This document shows positions 1-14,152 of a stretch of DNA of 64,000 nt, piece after piece; within the stretch, counting starts at the first letter, position 1, and the number at the start of each line of letters is the position of its first letter. Source of the DNA: Octopus sinensis (taxonomy: Eukaryota); assembly GCF_006345805.1 (NCBI RefSeq), contig NC_043001.1:31496001-31560000 (forward strand), written 5' to 3'. The position numbers and the translations under genes are program-made. The notes beneath the pieces are model-generated. The model searched no databases. It was given only the letters and a program-made list of their open reading frames with translations, and was not told the DNA's origin.

Positions 1-494
1 TAGCAAATTGCTGATATCCTATAACATAGGAATATTTCTTGGAAGTGAGTGATACTAAAACAGGTTGTAATATAATAAGCTTAGACAAAGAGAAAAATGA
101 AAAACTATGAAACATCAATAAGAAGTCAAACAGTCAAGTAATTTATATTATATCATACTGAACCTATAAGCACAAATTATGCAAGAAAAGAGCAAGTACA
201 TGTGTGTAACTATTTGACAATCTCTGAATCAAAGGAACCATTTTAAATGTATGCAGCAGGGTAACAAAAAAGAAGAAAAAACTTCAAAATTCTGTAACAA
301 ATATGCCAATGATTTAGTCCTTTGTTGTAGATGTATAGTCATCTGTTGACTGGAAGAGAGATTGGTATGGAATTCTAAGTAGTTGTCCAAATTGAAAGAA
401 ATCATGTAATGAATTACAAGACTTTCACAGAATGGCTGATGTAATTTCAAACCTGACATATTTGGAACCAACAACATTGATACATTATGCTTAA

Positions 495-713
495 CCCTTT
501 AGTATTTAAACCGGCCATATCCGGCCAAAATAGTTAATCTGTTTTATGTTCAAACTGACCAGATCCAGGCTCTCATACCTACCCTACAATGTTATTCTAC
601 ATTAAGTAATTACACCATCAAGATCTTGAAGATATGAGATAATGCATGATTAATTCAAATCAATGGGAATCAATAAGCATTATGTTTGATAGAATAATCT
701 GAACACTAAAGGG
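495..713. mobile_element. piggyBac-type MITE family A
   Basis: TTAA|CCCTTTAG ... CTAAAGGG|TTAA; homologous copies elsewhere in the window. Confidence 0.8.
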
Positions 714-2017
714 TTAAACTACTGTATCTATTAGTGATTAAAAAAAAATATTGTGGTTTACAAATTAATTTATGTAATATCATTAGTTCTTGATGGCAAG
801 CTTTGTTTCATAAATACTATCAGAGGTAGATCAAGTTTTTAATTCCAATTCTAATATCATTTTCAAGTTAACAAATTAAGAAAGGAAAGAAAGAAAAAAA
901 AAACACCTTTTCAGAGTTAAAAAGAATCCCTTCCAAAATACAAAGAGTAAAATTTGATGAAAATGTGATGTTATGTTGTTATTTCAGTCAGATTAAAAAA
1001 AAAAAAACAACATTAGATAATTCAAAATGCTTCAGTAATAAGTATGAGGGTTGATTCATTCTACTAAAGATTCTTTAAGGCAATGCCCCTGTATGGTTGC
1101 AGTCTAATGACTGAAACAAGTAAAAAAACAAAGATTACTCATCTTACATTATAGGGATAATAATTTAGATAAAATAAAAGATCTAATGTAAATTTTGTAA
1201 ATTATTCTCTGACATGTACAGAGGCACACACAACTTTGATAACCTTTCCAATTAGAGATTCTTTGCTTTTTATGGCTTCATGTAATCACTTAAATGTGGA
1301 TTTATTATTTTGTGGTTAGCTAGATTAAGGAGACAAATAATGCAACAAGGAAAGTCATTACATATGCTAAGGGCATATCTACTGAAAACAATTCCACTTT
1401 TACAATTCTCAATTGTATCCGATTTGATTTCCTTTTCCAAAACACAAGAATTTCTAGAAAAATAAAAGCAACAGTAGAAGCTATCCATCCACCAACCCAA
1501 AATAAAAACAACACACAAGATAGTTTCTTGTGTTATACTTTTTTTAATTGCAATAAATCTCTCTTTTAGCTAGCAGTAACCACCATCTCACATATGGCTG
1601 GTTATGTTTCTCTAAACGATGGTTACAATTTTTCTTCAAGCTGTATGAACATTAGCATTAAATTATGAATACAATATATCTCATATATTTAAAACTGAAT
1701 TGTGATATAAGAAATATAATAAAATGTTGATTATAAAGTCAAATCAGAAACAGCTTTAAAAATATCTTGGTAAGGGAACCTTTAGTATAGATTTTAAACA
1801 ACAATATTTAGTGCCCTACAATTATAATTATATATACACATACACACATATATTTCTATCATAACTACGATAATTTTGCAGCGTTAACAAAAAGCATATT
1901 ACTCTACCTTTGGTATTCGAGTACTATCTTTTTCATCTTGTTTTGCACTTATGTGCTTACCTGTGTGTACATGTGTGTGTGTATACATACATATATATAT
2001 ATATATTTATATATATA

Positions 2018-2437
2018 CAGGTCAACATTGACTTACGACTACAACTGGTTCTGACTGAATGGTCGTAAGTCGACCTATAGGCCTACATAGCTTTGTTTTA
2101 TGTTTTTACATTCTGGAGGTACATTCTCAGGTAAAAGTCACACACAGCATTCTGTATGATACTATCATACTGGTGTTAGTCAAAAATTTCGGAGTCTCAA
2201 GCTGTCGTCTGATGAATACAAGGTTGCCTCGATGTCTCTGTGACAGGATAGTCATCCAACACAGTGGCGATTGATAACCAAACCTAGGAGATGCATTGTT
2301 AGCTGACATCATCTGTAAACAGGTTAATTTCAAGAAAGTAAACCCATTAGATTTCAACTGGACTATTTATTATTGATGCCAGGAGCTGGCACGCCAATCA
2401 TTGCAAAGTCGATCGGTCATAAGTTGACGATGACCTG
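2018..2437. mobile_element. pogo/Tigger-like MITE
   Basis: TA|CAGGTCAACATTGACTTACGAC ... GTCATAAGTTGACGATGACCTG|TA: imperfect ~24-bp TIRs with TA TSD. Confidence 0.65.
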
Positions 2438-2463
2438 TATATGTGTGTGTATATATATATATA

Positions 2464-2908
2464 TATTCCTAGCATGGATCTTTCTATGGCTCTTTGTGTT
2501 GTAGCCAATTGTTGATCTATCCTCTTCAGAGTAGCCCACGTCTCACTTGTGTATAAGAACACAGGTAGAGCAGTACTATTAAAGAGTCTGACATGTGTAT
2601 TATTCTGAGAACATATTGAAAATGAGATAATTGGAGACTGAGGCAGAGAGAACAATGTGATTGTAGAATACAAAAATTCACTGGGTCAGACAGGTAGCAA
2701 AGTTCAAAGACAACAGATGGACCCATGTAGTAGCTGAGCGGTATCCAAGAGATTGGAAAAAGTCACTTGGAAGGCTTCTACAATGATGGGAAAATGATTT
2801 AGTTTAGCAATTTGGGTCAAGATGGAAAAGAATGATGCAATCAAGACAGAATTAGAAGTGCATTGTGTTCAGCAGTGTATCACAGCATCTGAGACCTGGT
2901 TGATACTA
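2464..2908. mobile_element. RTE-like LINE 3' fragment with inverted 5' segment
   Basis: Minus strand 2464-~2603 reads RLFNSTALPVFLYTSETW...TQRAIERSMLGI. Plus strand ~2604-2860 reads EHIENEII... and, after a frameshift, KDNRWTHVVAERYPRDWKKSLGR. These are consecutive post-RT LINE motifs. Confidence 0.7.
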
Positions 2909-2932
2909 TGATATATATATATATATATATAT

Positions 2933-3308
2933 TGTTATATTTCGGAATGGTCATATTGCCAGTTTAGCCAATAAAAACACACGCACTATATATTTGGTGT
3001 TATTTTGCTTCAGTGATATTTATTTTTTTACATTAATCTTAATCTTATTTCGGCCAGAGTTCTTTCGTCACACTCCTGTGACCGCATCAGTGGTCCTTTG
3101 TTTTCTTCTTTCTTATTTGTTTGTGTCTCTCCTTACTAACCGTCAGCCATTTTGATGCGGTCACAGGAGTGTGACGAAAGAACTCTGGCTGAAATAAGAT
3201 TAAGATTAATGTAAAAAATAAATATCACTGAAGCAAAATAACACCAAATATATAGTGCGTGTGTTTTTATTGGCTAAACTGGCAATATGACCATTCCGAA
3301 ATATAACA
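2933..3308. mobile_element. Fold-back MITE, 157/156-bp TIRs, TGT...ACA termini, ATAT flanks (Ginger-like)
   Basis: Arms 2933-3089 and 3153-3308 differ by 1 substitution and 1 single-base indel; 63-bp spacer. Confidence 0.8.
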
Positions 3309-4616
3309 ATATCTGTTTCAACACACGACTTCACATAAAAAATCTGGCACAACAAATATTTAAACGTATATATATATAAATATCATAGTATCATATATAC
3401 ACACAATTGGTTCAACTACTGCTTACATAAATCATAAAGGTTATGTTAATTTCCAAAGTAATATTGTTTCAGTATTATAAGTAAGACTTCTCACCTGAGT
3501 AATGTTATTATTCAAGAGGCTAAGAAACTTATTTTTAAAAAAGGAACACGTTACAAAATCTATATTTCTAAAAAAATCTGTCTACAAATGGTAGCGATTC
3601 TCAAATGTAAGATATATGAATGAAGAAAATATGAATCAGACTCTCTTTTATAAATTTCCCACTCACATTATAAATATAATGTAAAGGTTCTTTTATTAGT
3701 ATTCTAAAAGATTCCATGCAAACCATTTCTGTTAAATACACATCCATACGTAACAATTTCAATATAAATGACTTGATTGTATGGACTGAGTTAATAATAA
3801 CTAAGAAAGCAAACTACTCAAGTTCTATTTCACAAAGAAAAATCCAAGATCAAACAATTCCTCAACTTTGCATTAATTTCCACACTCGAACACAAACTGA
3901 AAATAACAGCTAAAGAATCAAGGCAAGACTGAACCAATTTAATGTCATCATTTTTCAAGATTCTATATTCCAAATAATCTCCAATTAATATCAACTAGGG
4001 ATAAAATTAGTCACATGTGGTATGTAAAGCATTTGAAGAAACTCCTTTTTGAGCAATACATAACTTAACATTGACTTTCCACCGAAAATGTATTTTACTA
4101 AATTTGGCGGTACTTCATACCAGCATTTCCATTACTATCAATGCTAGCAATCTAATTATAATTAAACTTGGTTATCATTTTCTGAAGATTAGATGAGTTG
4201 GTTTGATAACTGTCTTTATTAGTTCTGTCAATTTTGGTCTGAAGCAGGCTTAAGTAAAATATTTTAAATTAACTTTTCATAATTAATTTAAGGTAAATTA
4301 GAAACTAGTCTGAGGCCATTTTCCCTATCATTGAAGACATTATTCTAATAGTACCCAGCTATATTTGCCAACAGATTACGACACATTGCTGACAGTGTTT
4401 GTATATTATTCAGTAAATGAAGATATTCCTCTAGCAGTGGCTTACATTAATTATATTTAAGAACAAAACCATCAAATACCAATAGCACATAGGTTGTATA
4501 AAAATCAGTTCAATGGGTAATTAAGGCGAATCTTTAAGTTTTATTAATCTTTCACAATATTAATTGAAGCTTTGCAATATTCTTTTATGATACTGAGAAT
4601 AAAACAGGTACAAAAA

Positions 4617-4663
<47 letters not shown>
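4617..4663. repeat. (AAT)n microsatellite
   Basis: Perfect trinucleotide run; explains the poly-Asn ORF 4572..4769. Confidence 0.95.
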
Positions 4664-4665
<2 letters not shown>

Positions 4666-5094
4666 GTTCTTTTAATGGCAAGAAGCATGCAGATTGCATG
4701 CAAAAAGCTTGGCAGTGGGATGGGAATGAAAGTCAAGAGTGTACAAGAGTTGTACTAGAGGTGAATTAGTGAGAGAATTGGAAGAAAATGCATCAAAGAA
4801 GCCACCACTGACAATGAATACATTGAGTCGAAGTAATGTGAGTGGTAATCAAGTCAAACAACATTAACATGAATGCCAAGAAATTTATGTCCCTCTTTCC
4901 ATAGTGTTCAATCAATGATCTGATCAGCTGACAAATTATTAAGAGATAAATCCTCTCTGGATCATTGCGATTGCCAGCCATCCTCAAGCCAGAAGAGTAG
5001 ATGGATTGAATGTATGGCTACATATCTACCAACAAAAAGTCAAACCATTGTAGAAACCAGAAAGTGACCCTGGCCATATACAGCTAGATATTAA

Positions 5095-5796
5095 CCCACT
5101 TTTCTGCCCAATAGGTGAGAAGCATGCATTCTCATAGTTAGTCGGGAGCTATCTTTTGGTGTTGTTTCTTTGCAGCACATTAAATGGAAAGAGAGAAAGA
5201 GGGAAATATTAGAGAATGAAGAGATGGCAAAAACCTGTAAGATTTTTCCAGATTTTCTTCAGAGGGATTCGATCTTTGGGACATATATCATCGACGAAAC
5301 AAACCGTTATGTGGAACAAAACCTCGTGGACGGATCCTTTCTCTTTCAGTGGACCATGCTGAAAAAATTGGAAGGCAGTCAGTTGCATTTCGGTTGTTGA
5401 GGCACAGCAGCAATTTGCTTTTGCCTTTCATATCATGGAAAGCAAGGAAGGTCCTGGGATATTTAGTTCCAGGACACTCAACTGCCTAACTTGCAAAGAT
5501 GAAAACAAGTTCTACAAGGCTACTCTTTCCACTTTCAAATTGGCAATAAAGCTAGAATCTTTTCCAGAACATAAGACTGGCAGTATACTGTCACTCAGTT
5601 TAATGAAATCCTTTATGTTATTAAAATTTATTTTAGCACACTCAAAGACCTGGTACAGTCCTTTTTCGGATGTTAATACACACCATATTAAGCTTTAAAG
5701 CAGCAAATTATTATTTCTACTAAAATTGTTTAATACTTTATTTATTACCATCTCTACAACTCAGTAGTGATCTCAATGGAATTAGTGTTAAAGGGT
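5095..5796 (+). mobile_element. Possible degraded piggyBac transposase remnant
   Basis: IIDETNRYVEQ resembles the piggyBac ETNRYAEQ motif; region starts TTAA|CCC and ends GGG|TTA. No intact ORF, and the termini do not match beyond a few bases. Confidence 0.3.
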
Positions 5797-7937
5797 TAGC
5801 AAGTAATTCTTTTTTTTATCAGTGCCAAACATAAGTATTTTTTGGCAAAATATATTTTGAAGGTGCACAACATAATACATTTTATATTTTTAAACAATTT
5901 CATTTAATACACAACTTTCAGATTAATATGTAGCTTCTTTTGAGTATATAACAGAATCATTGGAGCTAATTCCTAAGCATTGATTTAGATTTATGGCTCT
6001 TATGTGCATTGTTGCACGTTTCTGTTGAAAGGAGAGTATCTAAAGTTGGTCAAGATAGCAATGAATCTTTTTTTTCTTTTGCTATTTTAATTGCTTTTAT
6101 GCCAAAGCTGAATTATTTATATTGATTTGAAATCAAGAAACAAAATCATCAATAAAGCCAATGAAAATGACATGGGAGGACATACTTGATTGGAATTTTG
6201 AGAATTGAGTAGACAAATGAGAGCACATTGTTTAAGAGTTTATACTAAAAAGTTTCAATTAGGCCTCAGACAAAAACTATTTTAATAAACCAAATGTTGT
6301 CTAAACACTTCCAATACTATTACATGATACAATTAAAAAAAAAAAAAGACATTGTATTTCTGCTATGCAATCATGTAATAAGTAGAAGCAGATTTGGCAG
6401 CAAGATATTTAAAGAAAACAAATCAACAAAAAAACAAAAACACACAAAGCAAACATTGTAAAGAGAACAATTTCAAAGTAAACAGATAAAAACACACACT
6501 AATGAGTAGCACAGTCTGTTTGGCATTGAGAAAGAATTAGAATCTATTGATAATTTATTTGTAAAAGTAAATCAGTGGCAAAATGCTCTCTATAAATTAT
6601 GATTAAGAGTTGAATGTTGGATATGTTGGAACACACATTCAATTCATAATTACAGCTTGGTGCTGGAGTAATTAAGAAAATCTTAAATATATAACAGCTA
6701 AATGTTCTAATAAGTAAAATAAATAGTTTATTTTCCAAACTTTAAATTTATTTTTATCTTGACTTGCTAGTTTAAAGTTATTTTAATATTAATTGGGGAT
6801 TATTTTTAAGAAGAAGAAGAAAAAAATATCTAAAATTTTAATGTGAAGCAATTGAAGAGGTTATCTTTAAAGTTAGCTAGTTTGTAAAATATGATTGGAT
6901 TATCACTTATTCCTGTTTATTTTGTTTTAAGACAAGAATTATTTGTATAAACATCTCACTTTCATTTTATCAAAAAGAATCACATAAAAAAGACTACACT
7001 TATGATATATATAGTTAAAAACTTCCACTGCTGTTACCCACCCTGTTTGTATACAACCAAAATATATCACGAGTGTGCATAAATTCATGCAGCAGGCAAA
7101 ATAAATGCTAGAAATACATTAACTATTAGAGAAAAGATAAAACAAAAGAAAATGATATCCAGTGGAGTGAAAAGGTTTTATCTGATGCGAATGCGTATAT
7201 TTCCTTTTCCTTAATGTGTTATTGATAGTATTCTTGTCATGAGATAAGAGTAAGAGAAAAGGTAATAAACATGCAACTGAAAGAAGATACTGGAAGATAA
7301 TCTTTAATAATGAGCTAAACATATGTTCTTACAATAACATAGACCTGTTGTGAAGAAAGATTTATTCAGTTCAGATATCAATGTTAGTGGAAATAGAGGC
7401 GATCCTCTCACACTAGACCCTACTTATTAAATAATATTCACTTTAAGACAAATTCTACAGAATTTTCTTTTTTTTTTTTTTGTTATGATTTCATGTAATT
7501 TCTCAGATGATATATGGTGGTGTATATTTATCAATCTTGGAAAATGAATCATCTTTTTCATCTACATTACAAAGAAAACCTTATTACTAGACACAGACAA
7601 CTAATATAGTTATGAAGATATAGATCATAGCTGTGTTCGGTGATCAAACAATGTTGGCCAGCATCAAACAGCATGTAGCAACACACTGCTACAAAACCAT
7701 TTTCTGCACATAATCATTAATCAATTTTTTTATATTAACATATCTCTCCTATCGCTATGTTCTGTTTTCCCTTTGTTTGTCACTCAATCAAATAGATTAC
7801 GCTAATACAAATGTTTTGAAGTTAAATAAAACAAATACGCTTCCAGTATTCTAACATCTTAATTGCTGGGTCTTCGTGTTCAAAGTTTAAACTTTACAAT
7901 GGCATGACCCCTTCAAATGAGATGTGACGAATATAAA

Positions 7938-8563
7938 AGTAATCAAAGTGTAAAATTTGACCAAACGTAGCACAAAAAATTCTTTCAGATTGGGCCAATG
8001 ATTCCTTGTGACTTTGAGCAGGTGCCTTTTATTATAGCCTTAGATTGACTAATGGTTTGTAAGTGAAAATTTGGATAATGGAAACTGCAAGGAAGCTTGT
8101 TGCATGTTTGTGTATGTGTGTGTACATCTATTTGTCTCCTGATGTCTTTGCATAAACACTGCTCGGGGGGAAGTGGTGGTGTTGTTTATGTCCCTCATAA
8201 GAAAGTGTCCCACTTGGCAGTTTGACATGCAAAGACCAGTGGAATAAAGCACCTTACTTGAAAACAAGCAAGGGTCGGCCTCAGAAGCAGCTTCTGGCCA
8301 TAGAACATCGCTTTAAGAAGTCTTGTTCAACACATGCAAGCATGGATAAAAGGAGACATAAAAACAATGATGGTGTATATAATTCATGGGCTACTTAGTC
8401 ATTTACCATCCTGATTTTAAGATTCCATCAGAATAGACACAGTCTTTTACCCTTTTTCTACTTGGATAAAAATATGAACTTGCCCAAAGTCACAAGGAAT
8501 CATTGGCCCAATCTGAAAGAATTTTCTATGCTACGTTTGGTCAAATTTTACACTTTGATTACT
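7938..8563. repeat. 86-bp inverted repeat (82/86 identical) with 454-bp spacer containing a SINE remnant
   Basis: Arms 7938-8023 and 8478-8563 aligned by hand. Confidence 0.9.
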
Positions 8564-8782
8564 AACAAAAAGACCTCCAAACCTAAACTATATCTCATCA
8601 GTTGAATATGTGTTACTTCCCAGTAGTTGATCTGCTAACTCTATGTTGCAGCCTGGACAAAGAAGAACAACGGTTTTCAACAACAACAATTCAACTCACA
8701 GCTATTGTTATTCAATATCACTTCCTACAGTCGCACAAAAATTATGTTCATTGACTCAAATGTACATAGCACTATATAGCAG

Positions 8783-9215
8783 ACATGCAGGTATGGCTGT
8801 GTAGTTAATAAATTTGCTTCCTAACCACAGAGTTTTGGGTTCAGTACTACTGCATAGCACCTTGAGCAAGTACCTTCTTCTATAGCCTTGGGCTGACAAA
8901 TGTCTTGTTAGTGGATTTCTTAGACGGAAACAGAAAGAAGCCTGTCTCTTTCACACACATACACGAATGTGTGAGGGTGAGAATGTTTGTCTCCTTGACT
9001 TGACATCATGTGATTGTTGTAAACGAATGTTATTCATTTCCAATTCTCTATGAAAACATGTATGGCCATGGGAAAATATCACCTTGTTTGGAAACAGGTA
9101 GGGATTAGGGATAGCAATGATATCTGGCCATAGAAAACCTGCTTCAATAAACTCTGATTGACCCATGCAAGCACGGAAGAGTGGATAATAAAACAATGAA
9201 GAAGATGACAAACAA
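8783..9215 (+). mobile_element. tRNA-derived SINE (family 1) with RTE-like 3' tail
   Basis: Head ...ggctgtgtagtt...gggttcagtac..., body gtggatt..tagacggaaac.gaaagaagcc; many homologous copies in the window. Confidence 0.75.
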
Positions 9216-10227
9216 GGTAGCATTTTTTCTAAGAGACACTTTGCAGATTAATGTCTTTCTAAATATGAAATATTTTCACCATTATAACAAGTGGCACAGA
9301 GAAAAATTAGAACTTCGAAGACATGAATTAAACTCTGTCTTTTAGAAAAGCCTTTTTGAAGGTTAATAGAATAAATAGCAGTAATGTAGTGGATACTGGA
9401 GAAAAAGAAACCCAAATCCCAGCTTGATCAGGACTTAAAACGACGATTTTATTTCTAGCTAGAAGTTATTGTTATAAACTATAATCTACTGAATCTATTG
9501 AAAATAGACAGAGAGAGAGAGAGAATAACTTCTTGAATGGAGAGAAATAAGTAGAGATGGAAGGAAGGAGGAGTAATGAAAGAGTGGTGAAGGTGAGAGT
9601 GAAAAAAAAAACTAAAAAGGAGCAGAGAAGAAGAATATTACTATAACAACTAGTTCTATAAGGTGTTAATAATAATCTACTTTGTGGCTTTGTACATGAT
9701 ACCAAAGCAAATAAAAATAGTTAATTACTATTGCAGTCTGAGTTGAAATAAGATACAATTAAGATCTAATATTTATACAAAAAAAAAAAAGCTATATTAT
9801 TTTAACTAACTTCTGATGGTTGTGCAATGTTATTGAATTTGCCCCAATCAAGTTTTTAATGAGGCAAGTGGAGGAAAAAATGTTGCACACATAATATTAG
9901 AGAAATTATATGAATTACTGTAGCTAAACTTAGCTAAAGAATTATTAATTTCTTGACTGTTATATGAATGACTTTATTAGCCTGGAAGTATTCAATGTAA
10001 TTATATATATATTATTCACATATACAGAGAGAAGGGGGAGAGAAAGAGAGAGAGAAAGAAAGTATGTGTAGATAAGTGAAAGAAGGTCATATGAACTGAA
10101 ATGCAGCAGAAACATAAAATTCAAACCGAATAGTGGAAACTACACGTTTCAAATGAAAAAATAAAAAATAAATTAAATAAATGAGACTATCTGCTTATGA
10201 AAAAACTCTCCCCAAAACAATAATCTA

Positions 10228-10593
<366 letters not shown>

Positions 10594-10617
10594 TTATACA
10601 CACATACACATATATAC

Positions 10618-10619
<2 letters not shown>

Positions 10620-10665
<46 letters not shown>
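10620..10665. repeat. (TA)n microsatellite in the 549-bp intron
   Basis: Perfect dinucleotide run. Confidence 0.95.
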
Positions 10666-10667
<2 letters not shown>

Positions 10668-11034
10668 AAGAAAAAAAGTCGTCAGAATTTTGGAAAAAAT
10701 ATCTTTTTATTTCTTCTTTATTATTAGTGCTTTCATTTGTTTCTCGAACTTGTCAAATAAAATTTTGTGAATGTACAAACAGCTTGTTCATTTATATAAA
10801 ACAGATGTTTTTTGGGGGTATTGTTTAGAAGAAAAGAACATTGTTTTGTTTTTTTGAGTAAGATTCCATTGACAATAGAGATGGATAGATAGAAATATAG
10901 GTAGGTATATAGGCCAATAGATAGATACATAATAATAAAGAAGATACATAATAATAAAGAAGATTTAAAAAGATATTTTTCTAAAATCTCAGCAATGTAA
11001 ATGAAACAGTTTTTAGAAATCTTAAACATAATTA

Positions 11035-11280
<246 letters not shown>

Positions 11281-11750
11281 TTACAAACTATCACATCTAA
11301 ATAATTTTCTTCTCAATATCCTCAAAAATAGCCAATGAGGTCTTCTTTTTTTAAAAAAAACAGGTTTACATCCATATTGAAAGAAAAGGGTATTTTTAAT
11401 TCCCTTATTTCTTGTAGAAGTTTTTATGGGAAGAGTAAAAGGTGAAATAATTTCTTGCTGCCTTTTCCATACAAGATACCTGTATTGAGTACTGCAATTT
11501 AGCAAACCATTTGTTAATTAGGGAAGGTTTTGTTTCCTTACAACAGGGAGCTGTATGCTAATATATAATAGTCCTTTCAGCCATTTGACGTCCTGTTGGT
11601 TCACTATCTCTCCATTATTGGATTGCTTCTGAAAATCTAAGCCTTTGGATAAGATACATTATCCAGGATATCTTTCCTTTTTCTAGTCATTGCTCATGAA
11701 ATAGAAATCAGCAAGAGGGATTTGGGCAATCTGGCAATTGCCCAGTTGTT

Positions 11751-12135
11751 ACTCTCTCTTTACTCTTTTACTTGTTTCGGTCATTTGACTGCGGCCATGC
11801 TGGAGCACCGTCTTTAGTCAAGCAAATCGACCCAAGAACTTATTCTTTGTAAGCCTAGTACTTATTCTATCAGTCTCTTTTGCCGAACTGCTAAGTTACA
11901 GGGATGTAAACATACCAGCATCGGTTGTCAAGCGATGTTGGGGGGACAAACACAGACACACACACACATATATGACAGGCTTCTTTCAGTTTCCGTCTAC
12001 CAAATCCACTCACAAGGCTTTGGTCGGTCCGAGGCTATAGTAGAAGGCACTTGCCCAAGGTGCTATGCAATGGGACTGAACTCAGAACCATGTGGTTGGT
12101 AAGCAAGCTACTTACCACACAGCCACTCCAGCACA
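11751..12135 (-). mobile_element. tRNA-derived SINE (family 1), near full length
   Basis: Reverse-complement copy of the elements at 50425 and 56686 (same head, body and aaaagagt tail). Confidence 0.85.
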
Positions 12136-12569
12136 AAGTTTTTTAAAAAGTTTTAAAATTCTGACTTAACCAGTAGATCACTAACTTAAATTCACAACTA
12201 CTGTCAGTCTTTTACATAGTGTGAGAAAGACAGTTCTGAACAACCTTCACAAATGATTTGTTTATAGTGATCAAATGCTTGTGCCGTACATTAGCTCACT
12301 CTCTCCATCACATTGATGTTGCTTGAACAGGTGCATGGTGTGTCAGGTTAGGTGTCAAAGTGATCGCAGAGCAATGCAAGATGAAGTGTTTTGCTCAAGA
12401 ACACAACATACCACCTGGTCTTGGAACTGAAAGCGTGATCATGTGTACAATGCTCGAACCATTACACACACACACATACATCAACATTATAATAATTTAA
12501 CATCTGCTTTCCATGCTGGCATAGGTTGGACTATATATATATATATATATATATATAAATCTATTTTTT

Positions 12570-12873
12570 ATTTATGCACCCCTTTTCAAGCCTAGCCAGG
12601 CTCATGGGTCCAGTTTCCCGGTTTCTATGGCGTATGTGTTCCCCGCTGCTGGACACCAGTCCATCGCAGCGTTACTCAAGAAACAGGAAGAAAGAGTGAG
12701 AGAAAGTTGGGGCAAAAGAGTACAACAGGGGCCACCACCACTCCCTGCCAGACCCTCATGGAGCTGTAGGTGTTTTCGCTCAATAAACACACACAACGCC
12801 TGGTCTGGAAATTGAAACCGCGATCCTCCGATCGCAAGTCTGCTGCCCTAATAACTGGGCCATTGCGCCTCCT
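12570..12873 (-). mobile_element. tRNA-derived SINE (family 3)
   Basis: Minus-strand head GGAGGCGCAATGGCCCAG...GGTTTCAATTTCC (A/B-box-like); related copies at 52590 and 62740. Confidence 0.7.
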
Positions 12874-12943
12874 CATATATGTAAATGCCTAAAGTAAATA
12901 CTGATTGCTTCAGGAATGTAATTATTTTAACTATTGTAATTTA

Positions 12944-13201
<258 letters not shown>

Positions 13202-13714
13202 TCAAAACCAACAATTAATAATCAAATCTTAATAATCAAATAATTCTTTTACAAAATATACTTTGTAAGGGTGAAATTATAATATATATGATATTCATCA
13301 ATGTTCACAGATTACTCTTTTGTTTTCTGTAGCTTGGTAGCTATCTTTTATATGAATGTGAGGACTGAATTGTTTGATCAAGTGAATTACTTGGTCCTGA
13401 ATTAACATGTATGTGGCATTCGACAGATACATGTATCCTTAGTATAATTCTCAAGCAGAATTGGTGTGTCACACAGCATGTGCGACAAGGATGTATCTTT
13501 TGAATTACAGGTGCAATTAAAACATGTTGCATAAAGGATGTTACAAGTAGTTAAAAATGCATCTAAGAACATTCTAGTCAGCAAATAAATTATGATATGT
13601 AGTGTATGAAGTTGTTTAACTTGAAGGTAAGTAGTTTATTCCGTTTTGCATGACCCTGCCATAAAGAGACTACAATAATATATCACTTTATGAGGTCCTG
13701 AGTTTATGAGTTTT

Positions 13715-14152
13715 ATTATGGGATGAGGTGGTCAAGCATGACCTTTGGACATTGGGCCTCACAGAGGCAATGACGAAAGACCGAGATCTCTGGAGATATG
13801 CTGTGACTGCAAAGACCCGACAAATAACGTGAGTTCATGGTTGTTTGTTGTTTCCTGCCCCATCCCATCCAGGATGGCCTGCTGTGCTTACCTTGGATTG
13901 TAGGGCGACCTGCCATGCTTGAGGAGACCTATTGAGTCAAGTACATCAACATCAAAATAAAAATCAAATGGAAATTGTAGTTGTGATACCTGTGCCAGTG
14001 GCACGTAAAAAGCATCCACTACACTCACGGAGTGGTTGGCGTTAGGAAGGACATCCAGCTGTAGAAACACTGCCAGATCAGACTGGAGCCTTGGTCGAAC
14101 CGTCCAGCTCATGCTAGCATGGAAAACGGACGTTAAACGATGATGATGATGA
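13715..14152 (+). mobile_element. 5'-truncated RTE LINE 3' end with (GAT)n tail
   Basis: Encodes WDEVVKHDLWTLGLTEAMTKDRDLWRYAV; homologous to 22800-23272. Confidence 0.8.

Noticed and set aside
4572-4769. ORF with poly-Asn
   Set aside because: Artefact of the (AAT)n microsatellite.
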